A stretch of 64,000 nt of DNA, taken from Chlorokybus atmophyticus. Lineage: Eukaryota > Plantae > Mesostigma and Chlorokybus algae. This document shows, in pieces, positions 52,115-64,000 of this stretch; position 1 is the stretch's first letter, and each line of letters opens with the position of its first letter. The translations under genes and the position numbers were made by a program. The notes below the pieces were generated by a model. That model was not told the origin of the DNA. It made no database searches and saw nothing but the letters and a program-made list of their open reading frames with translations. Where the stretch lies: contig RHPI01001517.1 of assembly GCA_009103225.1 (NCBI GenBank), forward strand, positions 136,505 to 200,504, given 5' to 3'.

Positions 52115-53121
52115 GCGTTGTTGCTCGCTGATGTAGGGGCCCCTCTTGTACTTGCTTGCCCAAGCCTTCTCCAGATGATGCACACTCTTGTTGGTGACAC
52201 GCGTGGCGCCTGATGGTGCTGTGCGTCTCACTTGAGCTAGGATGCAGCATGGCAGCAATAGCAATCTCCCCCAACACGGGAGACAACCACACCCAACAAT
52301 GAGCCCACCGTACTAGATAGTTGTACTTGCAAGTAGACACCATCACCAGTGTACGAGAGCCACCACAACTCATTTACAATACACTCCTTGGCCCTGCAAT
52401 GCTTGTCCGCACGCCTACACTCACCGTCACACCGTCACCCACACCCACACCCACACTCACACCCACATCCTACTCTAGCACTTGTGCATACTAACACAAG
52501 CTCACAGCATGCTACTAAGGCTGCTGCAACAACCCACGCCCGCCCAAACAACCCCGCAATGTTAAACTACACCGTCCCACGTTAGTGCAAAGCTTACGCG
52601 TTAAGCATAAAGGGGTGGCAACCTAACTTACGTTGAACTTGGGTTGAATCTTTGCATAAGTCTATCACTGTGTGAAAGTTTGATAGAAGTTGCATCTACT
52701 CATACATACAACCGTTGAAAGACCGCATGCCAAACAAGTAAGTAGTTAGAAAGTTATTAGATGTTTTTTAGAAAACAAGGCGCCTGAACGGAGCCATTCA
52801 AATCATGCAGGCAGCGCACTACTGCGCCAAATCGCGCAGTTTTTTAAAAAGTTACAAAGCAACGCGTCCGTCTAGGCGCGCTCTACAAGCTGACCAGTTT
52901 CTGGCGCCATCCCAGCTCGGATGACGGAGATATCAACGAAAAACTAACTGTGGCCGAAATAAGGGACGTTTACCCTAGCAACTTGACGCCCAACTTAGAT
53001 TTGCAAAATACGAAAGATCCGCCGAGGTTTTCATCGCTCCATGCTTACATCCAGGTAAGAGCACAATCAATCTCTGCTTGCATACTACGCACATCTACAC
53101 TTTCCTGCATTGCCAGCAACA

Positions 53122-54988
53122 ATGGCGGCGGCGGCGGCAGCGGTGGTGTTGGCAGTTAGGCCGTTGTCGGTGCCAGCGGCCTGCAAGACCGCTAGGCCTA
53201 CCGTGAGACAGTCTGGCACCGGCGCTCGTGCTGTTCCACAGAGGCTCAGGCGGCCAGCATCAGGCGCATTGTTGGCGAGTGGCAGGAGGAGAAGAGGCAG
53301 GCAGCACCAGACTGGGGTCTCCGCCGCCACCTCTGCCTCCTCAGCCTGGTCTGATGACTATTATGGTACGCTTGGCGTGCAACGTGCCGCAGACAAGGCT
53401 GAGCTCAAGGCGGCCTTCAGGTACACACAACTCAACTTCTCTGCCTACACAACTCACCACTTGCTTTGTGTCTAGGTATATCTCTCACACTTGCATGGCT
53501 TGCATTGCATCCTGTTTGGTATCATAAGGTTACGGTCGTAGCGTCCAGGGCCTTGTAGTTCTTTAACAGGGGTTGCTGTAACACAAAGCCAGCAAAAGGT
53601 CCACACACGCACCTTGCATGTGACATGCATATTTTGATTACAAGAAGCCAACAATCCATGTCAACCTGTTGTATACATGTAAGCTCTATGGTCTCATTGC
53701 AACCATTACTGTGCATACTCGGATGCATGTAAACCGAAAGCGTACACACGTTGTAAAATGCGTTGTGTGTGTGGTATGTGCAGGCGTTTGGCACTGCAGT
53801 GGCACCCTGACGTGAGCAACGCACCCGCCGCAGAGGAGCGCTTCAAAGAGATCAGCAATGCTTATGAGGTTTGTGTGTAAGAGTATTTGTGATCATGGCG
53901 TGTGATGTTAGCCGCCTTTTGTTGCAATTCTCAACAAGAAAGCCAAGTCTCTGTTGCCTTGACAACAGGTGTGATTCAGGTCTTGTATGACGAGGACAAG
54001 CGGCGGCTTTACGACCAATTTGGCGTTGCTGGCATAGACAAGAGTCAAGTTGCTGGACGCACAGCTGCAGATGAAGCTTGGGATGAGTTCAAACCTTACG
54101 TGCGCAAGTAAGCTCCACATGGATGATGCATTATGTGCCATGCAACTCGCTTGAGATCTGTGCATGTTGGATGGGGTGGATGGCATTGAGATCTTCTCTC
54201 TCTTGCACAGGAACCGAAAGACAACTGCACGCGATGCGGCGGCTGGTTCAGGCAATGAAGATGCTGATGCCGCTGATGATAGCTTGCCTAAGGCGGGTGA
54301 TGTCGTAGAGTACAAGCTGTCAGAGTTGGCTCAACGCAAGCACAACGATGGAAGGCTGAGAGGTTGACATTTGCGCCTGACAACACACATTGGTGCTGGT
54401 GGTTGAACACAGTTGTTGGCACGAGGCTCACATGTCGCTCCTGCTGGCAGGTGTGGCCTTCCTGGTTGGCCGGAATATGGGTGGGTTCATGTGTCAACAC
54501 TTGTGGTCGTGTGAGCTGGTTGTTGGTAGAACTTTGGTTGGCTGATTGCTCATGCAATTGCGCGCAGATCGCGGTGACCGGGACAAGCTGCCTCCTGAGG
54601 TGAGGGAAAATGGCAGCCTGATACAATGTTGTGCAATGCATGGTGTTGTTGCTGCTGTCGGTAGTACGGCATTTGCAGCTAATATGACTATGTGGTCAGA
54701 ACCTGGACCTTTGTGAGTTGGAGCCGCTGTGGCAGAGTGAGGACGATGACGGTTTGTGGTCGGTTGACCCACTGGAGAATGCTGCGTTCGCACGCCTTAC
54801 AGACTTGCGCGTTGTACCCTCGGTGCGTCCACCTTTCTCATACTCGATATGCACAGATGCGTGTGTTGGTGCCAACATTGATTTATGCAATGCAGCGGTA
54901 CAACCGCAGTACGGACACATGGGAGCTTCTCGACGAGTTGTCCGAGTCGTGCGGCGGCCCAACCTATGCAGAGGAGGTGATTGTGTAA
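53122..54988 (+). CDS. J-domain (DnaJ) protein with plastid-like transit peptide, 8 exons
   Basis: Ala/Arg/Ser-rich N-terminus; DYYGTLGV...LKAAFR / RLALQWHPD...FKEISNAYE / [15 protein letters not shown]; phase-consistent downstream exons to TAA at 54988. Confidence 0.88.
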
Positions 54989-55675
54989 CTGCCGTGTGCA
55001 GAAGGCCTATCGTTCTGCGCCATTGCGCCAAGTAGCTTGTGTTATTGATTGTGCCACTTGCGTGTTCAGCACCGGTTACTGTGATTTGATAAGCTAGCTG
55101 TTCAGTGCAAGTATATCCAGAGCCACAAGGCAAGGCTGCATTTGGTGAGCTTGCGGTCCATATTTGTCAGGCCGCATTCCACCTAAGTTCAGTTGAGGTT
55201 GCTCTGAGTATCATATGTTGCAACTCACTGGAGGGTGGGCACACTACCATCAGCTAGGAGAACTCTTGCAGTAGTGACTGAGGTGTAGCACGACCTGGCC
55301 AATCAGTTGCAACAGTTGCATGTGAGCAGCTGTGGTTGCATGTGTGATCCACGACAAGAGTGTCCAAGCAGCTCAAGGCTATTGATCAGTGTCAGCTCAA
55401 GTAAAGCAAGCAGAGCCAAGTCTGCAATAGTGCAAGTGCAAGCAGCACCAAAAACTGGATGAAACAACTTCACATCAATTGAGACTAACAAAACCAAAAC
55501 ACCAACAACTATGTACCAACGAGCAAAAGCGTCGCTTGACACAGCCAAGGCAACTAGCTTATCTCATGAGCGAACCACTGCAAAATCACCAATCAACCGG
55601 CTTGCAGTTGCCGGCAAAGCCAAAGTCAACCCTTGCCCTCCTAGTGCGTGCAATCCAATCAGCTGTGTGCTGTGT

Positions 55676-56423
55676 CTACAAGCCCCCTCCATTGTACCAC
55701 TGGTCTGATTGTTCCGGCGGGGGTGGGGGTGGGGGAGGAGGTGCGTTGAAACCCATAGCAGCTTCCGTTGGGAAGAACGAGGAGCCGAACTCCGGGGGTG
55801 GGGGAGGAGGGGGAGGGGGGGCAGTGAACTGTGGCGCCGCGTCCTCTGTAAGCTCCCTTCTTACTTGCGTTGAAAATCTGTTTGCAGGTAACACCAGTCA
55901 GGGGCAGCACTACGACTGTAGCAAGCATCAAAGCTGCAGTGCAACTGCCAGGCTGTAGCACTGCCACAACAGACGGCAACTAGGTAGTGCCTAAGCGTGA
56001 CACGGTCGTGCGTGCAAGCTGACCCGAGCTGTGCTATGCAGTCGCCACACTGCATGCAAGTGGACAACCAACACAACCAAGGCATACCCCCAACTGCACT
56101 GGTCCAGGGCATGCAGGCTACTGGTGCACAAACTATGGTTGCACACAACTCAAGGTGATAAGCACAGTGCCCAGTGGCACTGTCAGCGGGACGGACCTGT
56201 TACGCAGGGTGTTGAAGCGGCTGTCGGCTTGCTCCTGTTCGCTCAAATGCTGCTTCAGCACGCCCAGCGCTTGCGTTCGCCCAGCCGCCTTGTTCACCAG
56301 CACGACCCCGTCCATCGGCACGAGAGTCACATCCGATCGACTGCTCATGAACCACCCTCCCAGCAGCCCGGCAACAAACAGGCTCACCACCAGACCAGTC
56401 TTGAGAGCAACGCGGTTCGCCAT
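55676..56423 (-). CDS. Small membrane-anchored or secreted proline-rich protein, ~140 aa, 2 exons
   Basis: Hydrophobic N-terminus GLVVSLFVAGLLGGWF; AAC AG|GT ... CAG|A splice joins to an exon with two Pro8 blocks ending WYNGGGL*. Confidence 0.6.
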
Positions 56424-59400
56424 GGCTGAAAGGGAAGCTCAGCCGTCAGCTCCGTCCGCAACAGGCGACCGCACCAATGTGGAAGACCAAACACCAGGCC
56501 GGACCAGAACCAGGAGCAGAACCACCCTTGACCCGCTCCGAAGCACCCGACCTAACTAGCCCTTAGCAAGCAGCCCAACCAGCGCCTGCCAGCCGAATGC
56601 ACCTCACGCAGGCTCCACCTCGCCACTCCTTGGCCTCAGCCCGTCGACGCTGGCGGCAGCGACAGCGGTGGCGACGCCGGTGCCAGCGGCGACAGCGGCG
56701 GTGGCGGCGGCGGCAACAAGTACTCTTCTGCAGAGCCCGCTGCAATGTTGCGCAGTAGAGCGAAGCACACAGGTCACATGCAGAGCAGCTAACGTTAGCG
56801 TGGCCCTGACTAATTCGCCCATATTCGCGGGAAGTGACACGTTATGTTTGTGACGGTTTGGCTCACGTTGCCTCCTACTCTATAATCCATCGACAGCCTC
56901 ACGCGCAACGTGGCCACCGTTGAACGCACGTCATAAACGAACACACGGGGACACTGGCTTTACCGCCAGCTCTGAAATTTGGCACAGTGACTGCTGCGGG
57001 ACGCGCCAGGGGGAAGAGGACGACGACGGACGGCGGATCTGACAACGCAAACGCTTGCAATGGCTCGCGAAAGTGGCATGTGACAAGTTGGGCGCCGTCC
57101 GATTGGGCCCGCCGCCTTCGTGCTCGTTGGGATCGCACCCTAACCAGCGACCCGTCCGGTGAGCAATAGGGACCGAAGCACGACCGGGCGTAACTGGGTG
57201 TCCGTGTCGCACTTCGTGTGTGACGGAGGGCCGTGCATGTCTCGCATCGCGCCCGCTCACGAAATCAATGCACAACGCGGAAATCCTTGTACCAGGATTT
57301 AGAGGTTGGGGGCAATCTGGTGGGGCCAGCTCACTTGCACGGGCTATACCGGTAATCTTTACCCGATATTCCAGCTAAACAGCTCTCTCCGAAGTCCAGA
57401 GGCCTGGTTGTTCCGGTTTTTCCCCGCCCGCATGCCTGCTGCATGAAGGCAGGCATGCAGGCGGGGAGTTTGGCTGCTACTGTAGTTGCCACCCCTATGT
57501 CACCGTCATCATCAACCCATCATCGTAGCGCAGTTACGCGGGGAATCCCGTATCCAGGTGACCGTTTTTCCCGCGGAGTACCGTTAGGCAATGTGACAAT
57601 GGTGCATTGCCGCAGTGGTGGGGATCGAGATCTGACAGCCGCAGCGCGATCGCGACCACCGTGGCAACCCCTGCCCGGTCGCCTGCCCGCCACTAGCGCT
57701 TTATCCACAACATGTAGGCCTACTCTTGCTCATCATAAAAGGTCCTTGCATGAGCCATTCATGCATGGGGCTTGAGTCAAGCCGCTTGACCACATGCATG
57801 AACGGCTCATGACGACTCCCTATGATGACATTGCAGTTTCTGGACACTGCCCGAGGCACTGCTTGCAAATGTGGCGTTCAAAATGCCTATGCTATGTGCC
57901 GGACATCTGCCGGCGGCGTGTGCTGGTCGCCCTCTCATACGATGTAAGGCGCACGGCCTGTCCTACGCCTTGACCCCATGCCAACACCAATAAGGTGACT
58001 TTACCATGCATGGTAACTTGCGGCCATGCATGCGCCGTACCTAACAGGGTGTCAGACCCGGCAGCAGCCAGAGGATCGAGGCGCGAGGCGCTCATCATGC
58101 GTAAATTGAAACTGAAAGTCACGTGGCAATTTCGTCGCGGCTGTCATGCTTGCCGGCAACAAGGGAAGATGCGCGCTGACATGTGGGGCGCAAAACGTTG
58201 GCAGTTGGGGCCCTACTGCCGTATCAACCAACGTACCAATTGTCACAAACGCTCTCTTTGTGCTGTGTCCATGCACAGCGTTGCGGATGGATACAGCTTC
58301 ACACGCAGTGACTCACATCAACCGTCACTGACTACACTATAATTGCGATGGTTGCTGCGAGGAGGGCCGTTGTCGTTTTTGCTTACCAAACGGAGTAACT
58401 AACTAGCACAACAAAATGACCGCTTACTTGAACATTCAAGTTTCATAAGTTGAGAGTAACTTTGTTAAGCCATCAACGCAAACATGCAATTTGTGTTGGT
58501 GGTAATTGCGTTGATTTTAGATATGTGTTGCTTGTGTGAGTGATTTTGTGTGATAATTTACATCGGTTGATTCAAGTTGTAATTACATGTTAAATGCTGC
58601 TTGAAAGATAATTGTGGGATCAATTGTTATTGTGCATTAATGACTACTATCTCGCAACTTGTTTGTGTTTAAGTCAACAATGCAACTTGCAAGATAAAAT
58701 TCTAATGTATTGATTATGCCGATAATAAAGCACGCATTGTGCCACAAAGTCGTGTCAAATGTTATGTTGCTTTTAGGCGCACAACAAAAGCGTCAATGCA
58801 TTATGCAACCCGTAAACTACACACGACTCAATGTGCAAGTATCATTGTACATAATAACATTAAATCTGCATGCACTTCAAGTGCTAAGCTTGGTGCTAGC
58901 CAGCATTAAAGCTTACATTTTGAGAAACACATGTAGAGCAATGAAACAACATGATAGTCATGTTAATATATGTTGAAATTGTGTTGTGTACAACAATTTT
59001 TATGTTATTACAATGCGTGCATGGCACACATTTTTTATTGTACAGTACAATTGAAAATCTATGAAGCCCCTGCATGTCCCTCAAAGTCTTTTAATCTTGC
59101 AACTTACCTCAAAGGTAAGTAGGAGAGGTAAACATGACGTTACATACGATGCACTGCATCCGCCTGCAGCCTTTATCGTTCCAGGGGTACAAGATGAGAT
59201 GCTGCGGCTGTGAAGGCGCGGGGCCGTAGCGGAAATATCGGCATTGTCAGCATCATGCCTTTGCTAGTTGTGCTAACCTCTGCCTCTGCTTCTCCCACTC
59301 CCTGCGCCTACACTGCTCTCTCCAAGTATACTTGGGGGCTGATCCTAGCCTACCTCAACCCCGTTCACCTTGCATAGCACATAGCCCCTAGCCTAAGTTG

Positions 59401-61915
59401 TTAGCGGATTGCTTGCCGTCACTTGAGTCTTAGTTGTTAATCTATTATTTTGGTATTGTCTACTTGTGGCACAATTTTGTGCTTTTTATATCCGTATTGT
59501 ATGTATAATGCACATGTGGGTCACGTCGGCTTTATATGTACACCATTGAGATTGCCATGTATTTTACCCATGGGTGGGGTGTCGTGCAAGCAAGCCTCGA
59601 CTGCGGGGTGTGTCTCGTAGAGGGAGTGTGTACATTGGGGTGTACAAGCGTGAGGAATAAGTACTGCTGCAGCTCAGCTTGCGAGGTAGTAAGTGAAGAG
59701 TTTCGGAGCTACGGTACTTGTAGTGATGAGGTGGTACTACCTAGTAGGTGTAGGGGACAGTGGTAAGGGAAAAACGAATTGGGTAGTCCCCCAAGCTTGG
59801 TATGAGGCTGTAATCGCTCAACAAGCTCCTTAACTAAGAATGCATGTGGACAAGGGTACAGCAGTCATGCACGTGTGTTCACGTGTGGTTTAAGTTTGCT
59901 ACGTAATGCCAATTTACGCACTGCAAACACTCACTTAATAGCAAGCTAATGGATGCCAACAACCGAGATTGTGGTTGTGCAAGGCATGCAAAGCACCGTG
60001 TTAGGCAGGAGGTGATGCAGTCCGCAGGCAACGGGGCGGTGGGCACGCCAAGAGGTTAACAAAAATGCACGAGCAGTCAGAGCACCTAAGGGCAAGACAG
60101 CAGGGATAAGGTGTACATTAAAGGAATTAGGGCAACAGCTCTCATAAGTTCAACTCTTACATGAAGGCAGCGTGCATGCACGCGGTTCACCTAGACTGAT
60201 GGTAACTTTCATAAGTCTAATAAGGAACGCCGCCGCTTTCGCGCTAGTTCGCTTAATTACAACCCCCATATTTTAGGGTTTGCTTAAGGAAGCTATGAAT
60301 GTCAGCCGCCGCCACCACTCCCGCTTCGCATTTGTTGACACCTAAGGAGGTGTCGATGGGTTTTGTCACGGTGTTCAACATTTGGTGAACCGGTATGACC
60401 GATCCTGATACTGGTGGGAGCGCACAAGGGGTGCAAGGGGGAAGTGCGTGCTGAGGGTCATCGCCGTGACATGGGCAAGATATATGATATTAGTATGATA
60501 GCTTTGCTGCAAAAAGTTGGCGGTAATGAAATGAAGGTACCTTGAATGTCTTATATGTTGTTATTTTGCGCATTACTGAAAGCCTTTCTGATTGTTCATG
60601 ACAAGTACATATACACATATCGTCCAAGCATCCTTAATTTATACATACATTTCTTCATAATGCACTTGCATGTAATATCTGATGTATACACTTTAAGTTC
60701 AAAGACATTGATAATGTGCAAATGCATGATTTTTTGCGTTGATCATTCATTTTAATGTGTATGGTGTAATCACTTGTAGTTATGTAATTAACATTGATAT
60801 GTTTGCAAACTTGATGCAAAACTTGTCTTTTCATTATCACTTTTCATTAGCAAATTATATAAACATGATAACTTTTGAAACAGAAAACAATAATGGTAAT
60901 TATGCAGCTTCAAGCTAAAACTATTGTTGCGTATATAATGAGAGTTAACCATGATGGTATATAAAGTAAACACATGCATGTTGACGTCTTATCACATGTG
61001 TACAATCTGCACACTTATGTGGTATCATACATTGTAGTGGGTGAGCTAAATAATAATTGTTTAAAGTCATAATCCGAATGTTGATAGTTGATGTCATGTC
61101 CATTGACATCAACAACAATTAACAATTAATGTTTTGTGTGGGTTGGCCAATTTATTGTCCGGTAGTCATTGCACACGAGATGGCATAAAAAGCAACGTTC
61201 AACGTTGTGTTCATTTGAGCGATATGATCACATGTACATTGCATCAATCAGCAAATTGTTGCTCAAATGTGGTACATAATCAATGTTAATGGATGCATAT
61301 GGTTGCTCAAATGCAGAACATAATTGATATTAATGAATGCCAACTATGTACAACTTCAGGCCCTTACGGCTATTTTGTAAGCATGTTACACATGACAAAC
61401 AAGAAGCAAAATGTAGACGCATAGAGCGCCACAATTAGCAAAAATATAGGTTGAGGGCTAAGAAACCATGTGGTGCAAAGTCAAGTACCGGTGGTACTAA
61501 CATGCATAACCCATTCTGATTTTAATGATGCCACATCCATGCTTATGAACTGCCTGCGTTTGTCCTTTAAGACCTTTATAGAATTGGCATGATGCACGGC
61601 AGGTATTTGAACCAATCTCTGCTAATATGAAGCTTAATGTAGCTATGTGTAGAAACTCTGATAAGCATAACCTGTGCCATCATTGTTATGGCTTATGTTT
61701 GTTGATGCCCACACCCGTGTACAAACCCAGCCCTCCATGTGCTGCTAGCACTCTATACAGTCTGCACTGCAGCAGCAACTCCACAACGCATCTACCAACG
61801 CTACTACCAACGCACTCATCAACCGCAACGCTGCCAGCGTGGCAATTTGCCCGCACAACAACAACAACAACAGCGTGGCCAACGTCATAACCCAACTTCA
61901 AGTCACTTTGGGTCA

Positions 61916-64000
61916 ATGTCCTCGTTGGCGACGTCGGCGGCGTCGTCGTGGGGGGCGGCGGCGGCGGTGTCACTGCCTGCAGCGGACACAGCTGTATGGT
62001 GCATTCCGAGGCGCTGCCAAGTGGTTAGGCGTCATTTGGTCAGCAATGTGCGTCTTCTGGAGCTTGCTCTACAGATATGCATAGCGCCGCGCATGTAATG
62101 CAATGCTGGTGACGAGTTGGCATGACGTGGACTGTTGTGGCATGTTTCATTGACATAATGACGTCATTCTTTGTTAGATGCTTGCACACATTTCTCTGTG
62201 TGCCAACGCTGCACTACAAGCACACAAGATGACAATGCTGCTGGTGGAACAGCAGCTGCGGTCACGTGCATACATGTAGCCTGTCGAACACTTGAAGAAC
62301 GCATTGTGCTGTTAACCCCAAAACCAGCTAGTCTTAAGCCAACAGTATTGGTTGTACTGCTACTGTAGAGTACACATTGTAAAACATCACATGTCGCTCA
62401 AATGCATGCATTGCAAGCAGCGGCAGTCAGTGGTTGCAAAGGGCCTTTGGAGGCCGAACAGAGGCAGAGCGTTGCCGCTGTTGTTGCGTTCTCCACACAC
62501 AAGGACAGCAACTATGGCATGCATACCACCGCCTACAGGTACTGTGTGCAGAAGTTCAAGGTTTAAAATTAAAGTGTGCACACAAACAACCAGGGGAGCA
62601 TGCTGCACACGTACACATGTGCCCCCCCTCCCCCCACCCCANNNNNNNNNNNNNNNNNNNNNNNNNNNNNNNNNNNNNCCCTCCCTCGAGCACACACATG
62701 CGTGTGCACGCGCACGCGCGCACACGCATGCAATCACACTTGCTTGCATACACTCACCCACCTACACATGCACAAATGCAACACTGCACAATGAGACACA
62801 ACTCTTCATCGCATTGCATTGCGTTGCAGGCGGAGCTGCTCCTCCATCAATCGTTGCGCCAATGATGGACCCAATGGCTCCGCCAGTGCCGGACCCGACC
62901 ATGGTGAGGACACATTACCTAAATGTGTGTGTGCATGTGTGTGTGTGCTGTGTGTGCATATCTATACACCCAACATCTTCCAGATGGGTGCGGAGCCCCC
63001 TCCTGACTTAGCGCATCGGCTTCTGAGCGGCGTCGCCAGCTGGATGGACGAGCGCAGGCATACGCCTCTCATCTCAGGCTATCGCAACCTATTCCCAAAG
63101 CCCATTCGCAGGCAGGGAGTCGTGATGTTAGTGTGCATGTGTGATTCTAAATACTTCCTGGTTGGTGTATTGACACCCACATGTGCAGGTTGATGGATGA
63201 GTACGGTGTGTCGGATGGACGCATTGTCACGGAGATTACCTTGTTGCTTGGCGTTTATGTCGTGTGGTTTGTGGTGCCGAAGGTGCTAAGGCAAGGAAGC
63301 TACGATATGCAACTTGCGTGCACACGCGCACACACACGCATGCACGCGCACACATATAGACACGTGTGTACGCGTGCATGCACACATGTCCACATCCACG
63401 CACAAGCATGCACGTGCCCTTTGTTCAACATGCTTCTTATATCACAGGAGGTTGCACAAGTGGAAGAGCGCGTTGATTGAGGCCCGCATAGCCATGGACG
63501 CCAACAACGGCAACGCGGATAAGAGTGGTATTCAGGCGCCTTTCCCGTACGAGAACACCAAATGGTGGGCTGCGGACGCCCCGCTGCGCGTATTCGCCCT
63601 CGCCTTCTACCTCTCCCACATGTGCGTGTGTAGTTGGGGTGCAGTCGGGCACAAGCATACATGCACACGCACACACACATGCACGTGAACACATGCACAC
63701 ATGCACATGTGTGCAGGCGTGTTTGCATACACCAGCACACGCGCTCTTGGACACAAGTATGCACGCGCACATGCACGCGTATGTGCGTGTACATACTTGC
63801 TTACATGTGGGACGCGTGCACACATTCTCTGCGACACTCTCCCGCATGCACACGCACACCCACACATCTCTCACTTGGGTCATTTGCTTAGTGCGTACAC
63901 GGTGATCCCTCCGCTGCGGCTGGGCGTGACAACGTACAACATCGCGCAGTTCTTCCTGATGACGACCGTCTTCGCCGCCGCCTGGTTCGCGTTCCGCTGG
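61916..64000 (+). CDS. MSL1: MscS-like mechanosensitive channel, MSL1-like, 5' part only; start uncertain
   Basis: Spliced exons give PFPYENTKWWAADAPLRVFALAFY...AAAWFAFRW, resembling the MSL1 N-terminal TM region (YEKS-W-AL-DP, WF-xRWK). The pore domain lies beyond the window. Confidence 0.65.

Noticed and set aside
59322-59800. CTTGGGGG...CCCCCAAG inverted pair as element termini
   Set aside because: Only 8 bp, no TSD or internal support.
58340-61600. Short ORFs in the AT-rich intergenic block
   Set aside because: No motifs, no splice-consistent model, low-complexity composition.

Overview
Eukaryotic, intron-rich DNA from the green lineage (alga-like; the species cannot be determined from the sequence). 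The left ~27 kb is a nested transposon cluster. It holds a young chromovirus-type Ty3/Gypsy element (983-7032, 5-bp TSD GTCCC) and a large decayed DNA-transposon region (~7.0-19.0 kb). That region carries a Plavaka-type (CACTA/CMC-related) transposase and two cargo genes: a ZnF-OTU-RING gene split by a 1.8-kb TIR element, and a ZnF-Tudor protein fused to a short phage-type DNA cytosine-5 methyltransferase. An older chromovirus pol relic and a gag-protease relic follow. The right ~37 kb holds host genes: a small secreted Cys-rich protein, an AmiE-like aliphatic amidase, a coiled-coil protein, an RRA-type GT77 arabinosyltransferase, a plastid-type DnaJ, a proline-rich protein and a partial MSL1-like channel. 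It also contains long microsatellites, several hairpins, a 118-bp inverted repeat and a complete 447-bp TRIM whose LTR/leader junction forms a tRNA-like Pol III promoter. Best candidates for a new system: the transposon-borne Tudor-C5-MTase plus OTU/RING toolkit, and the tRNA-like TRIM. All domain calls are by-eye motif recognition and need HMM or structure confirmation. Four long N gaps limit interpretation.
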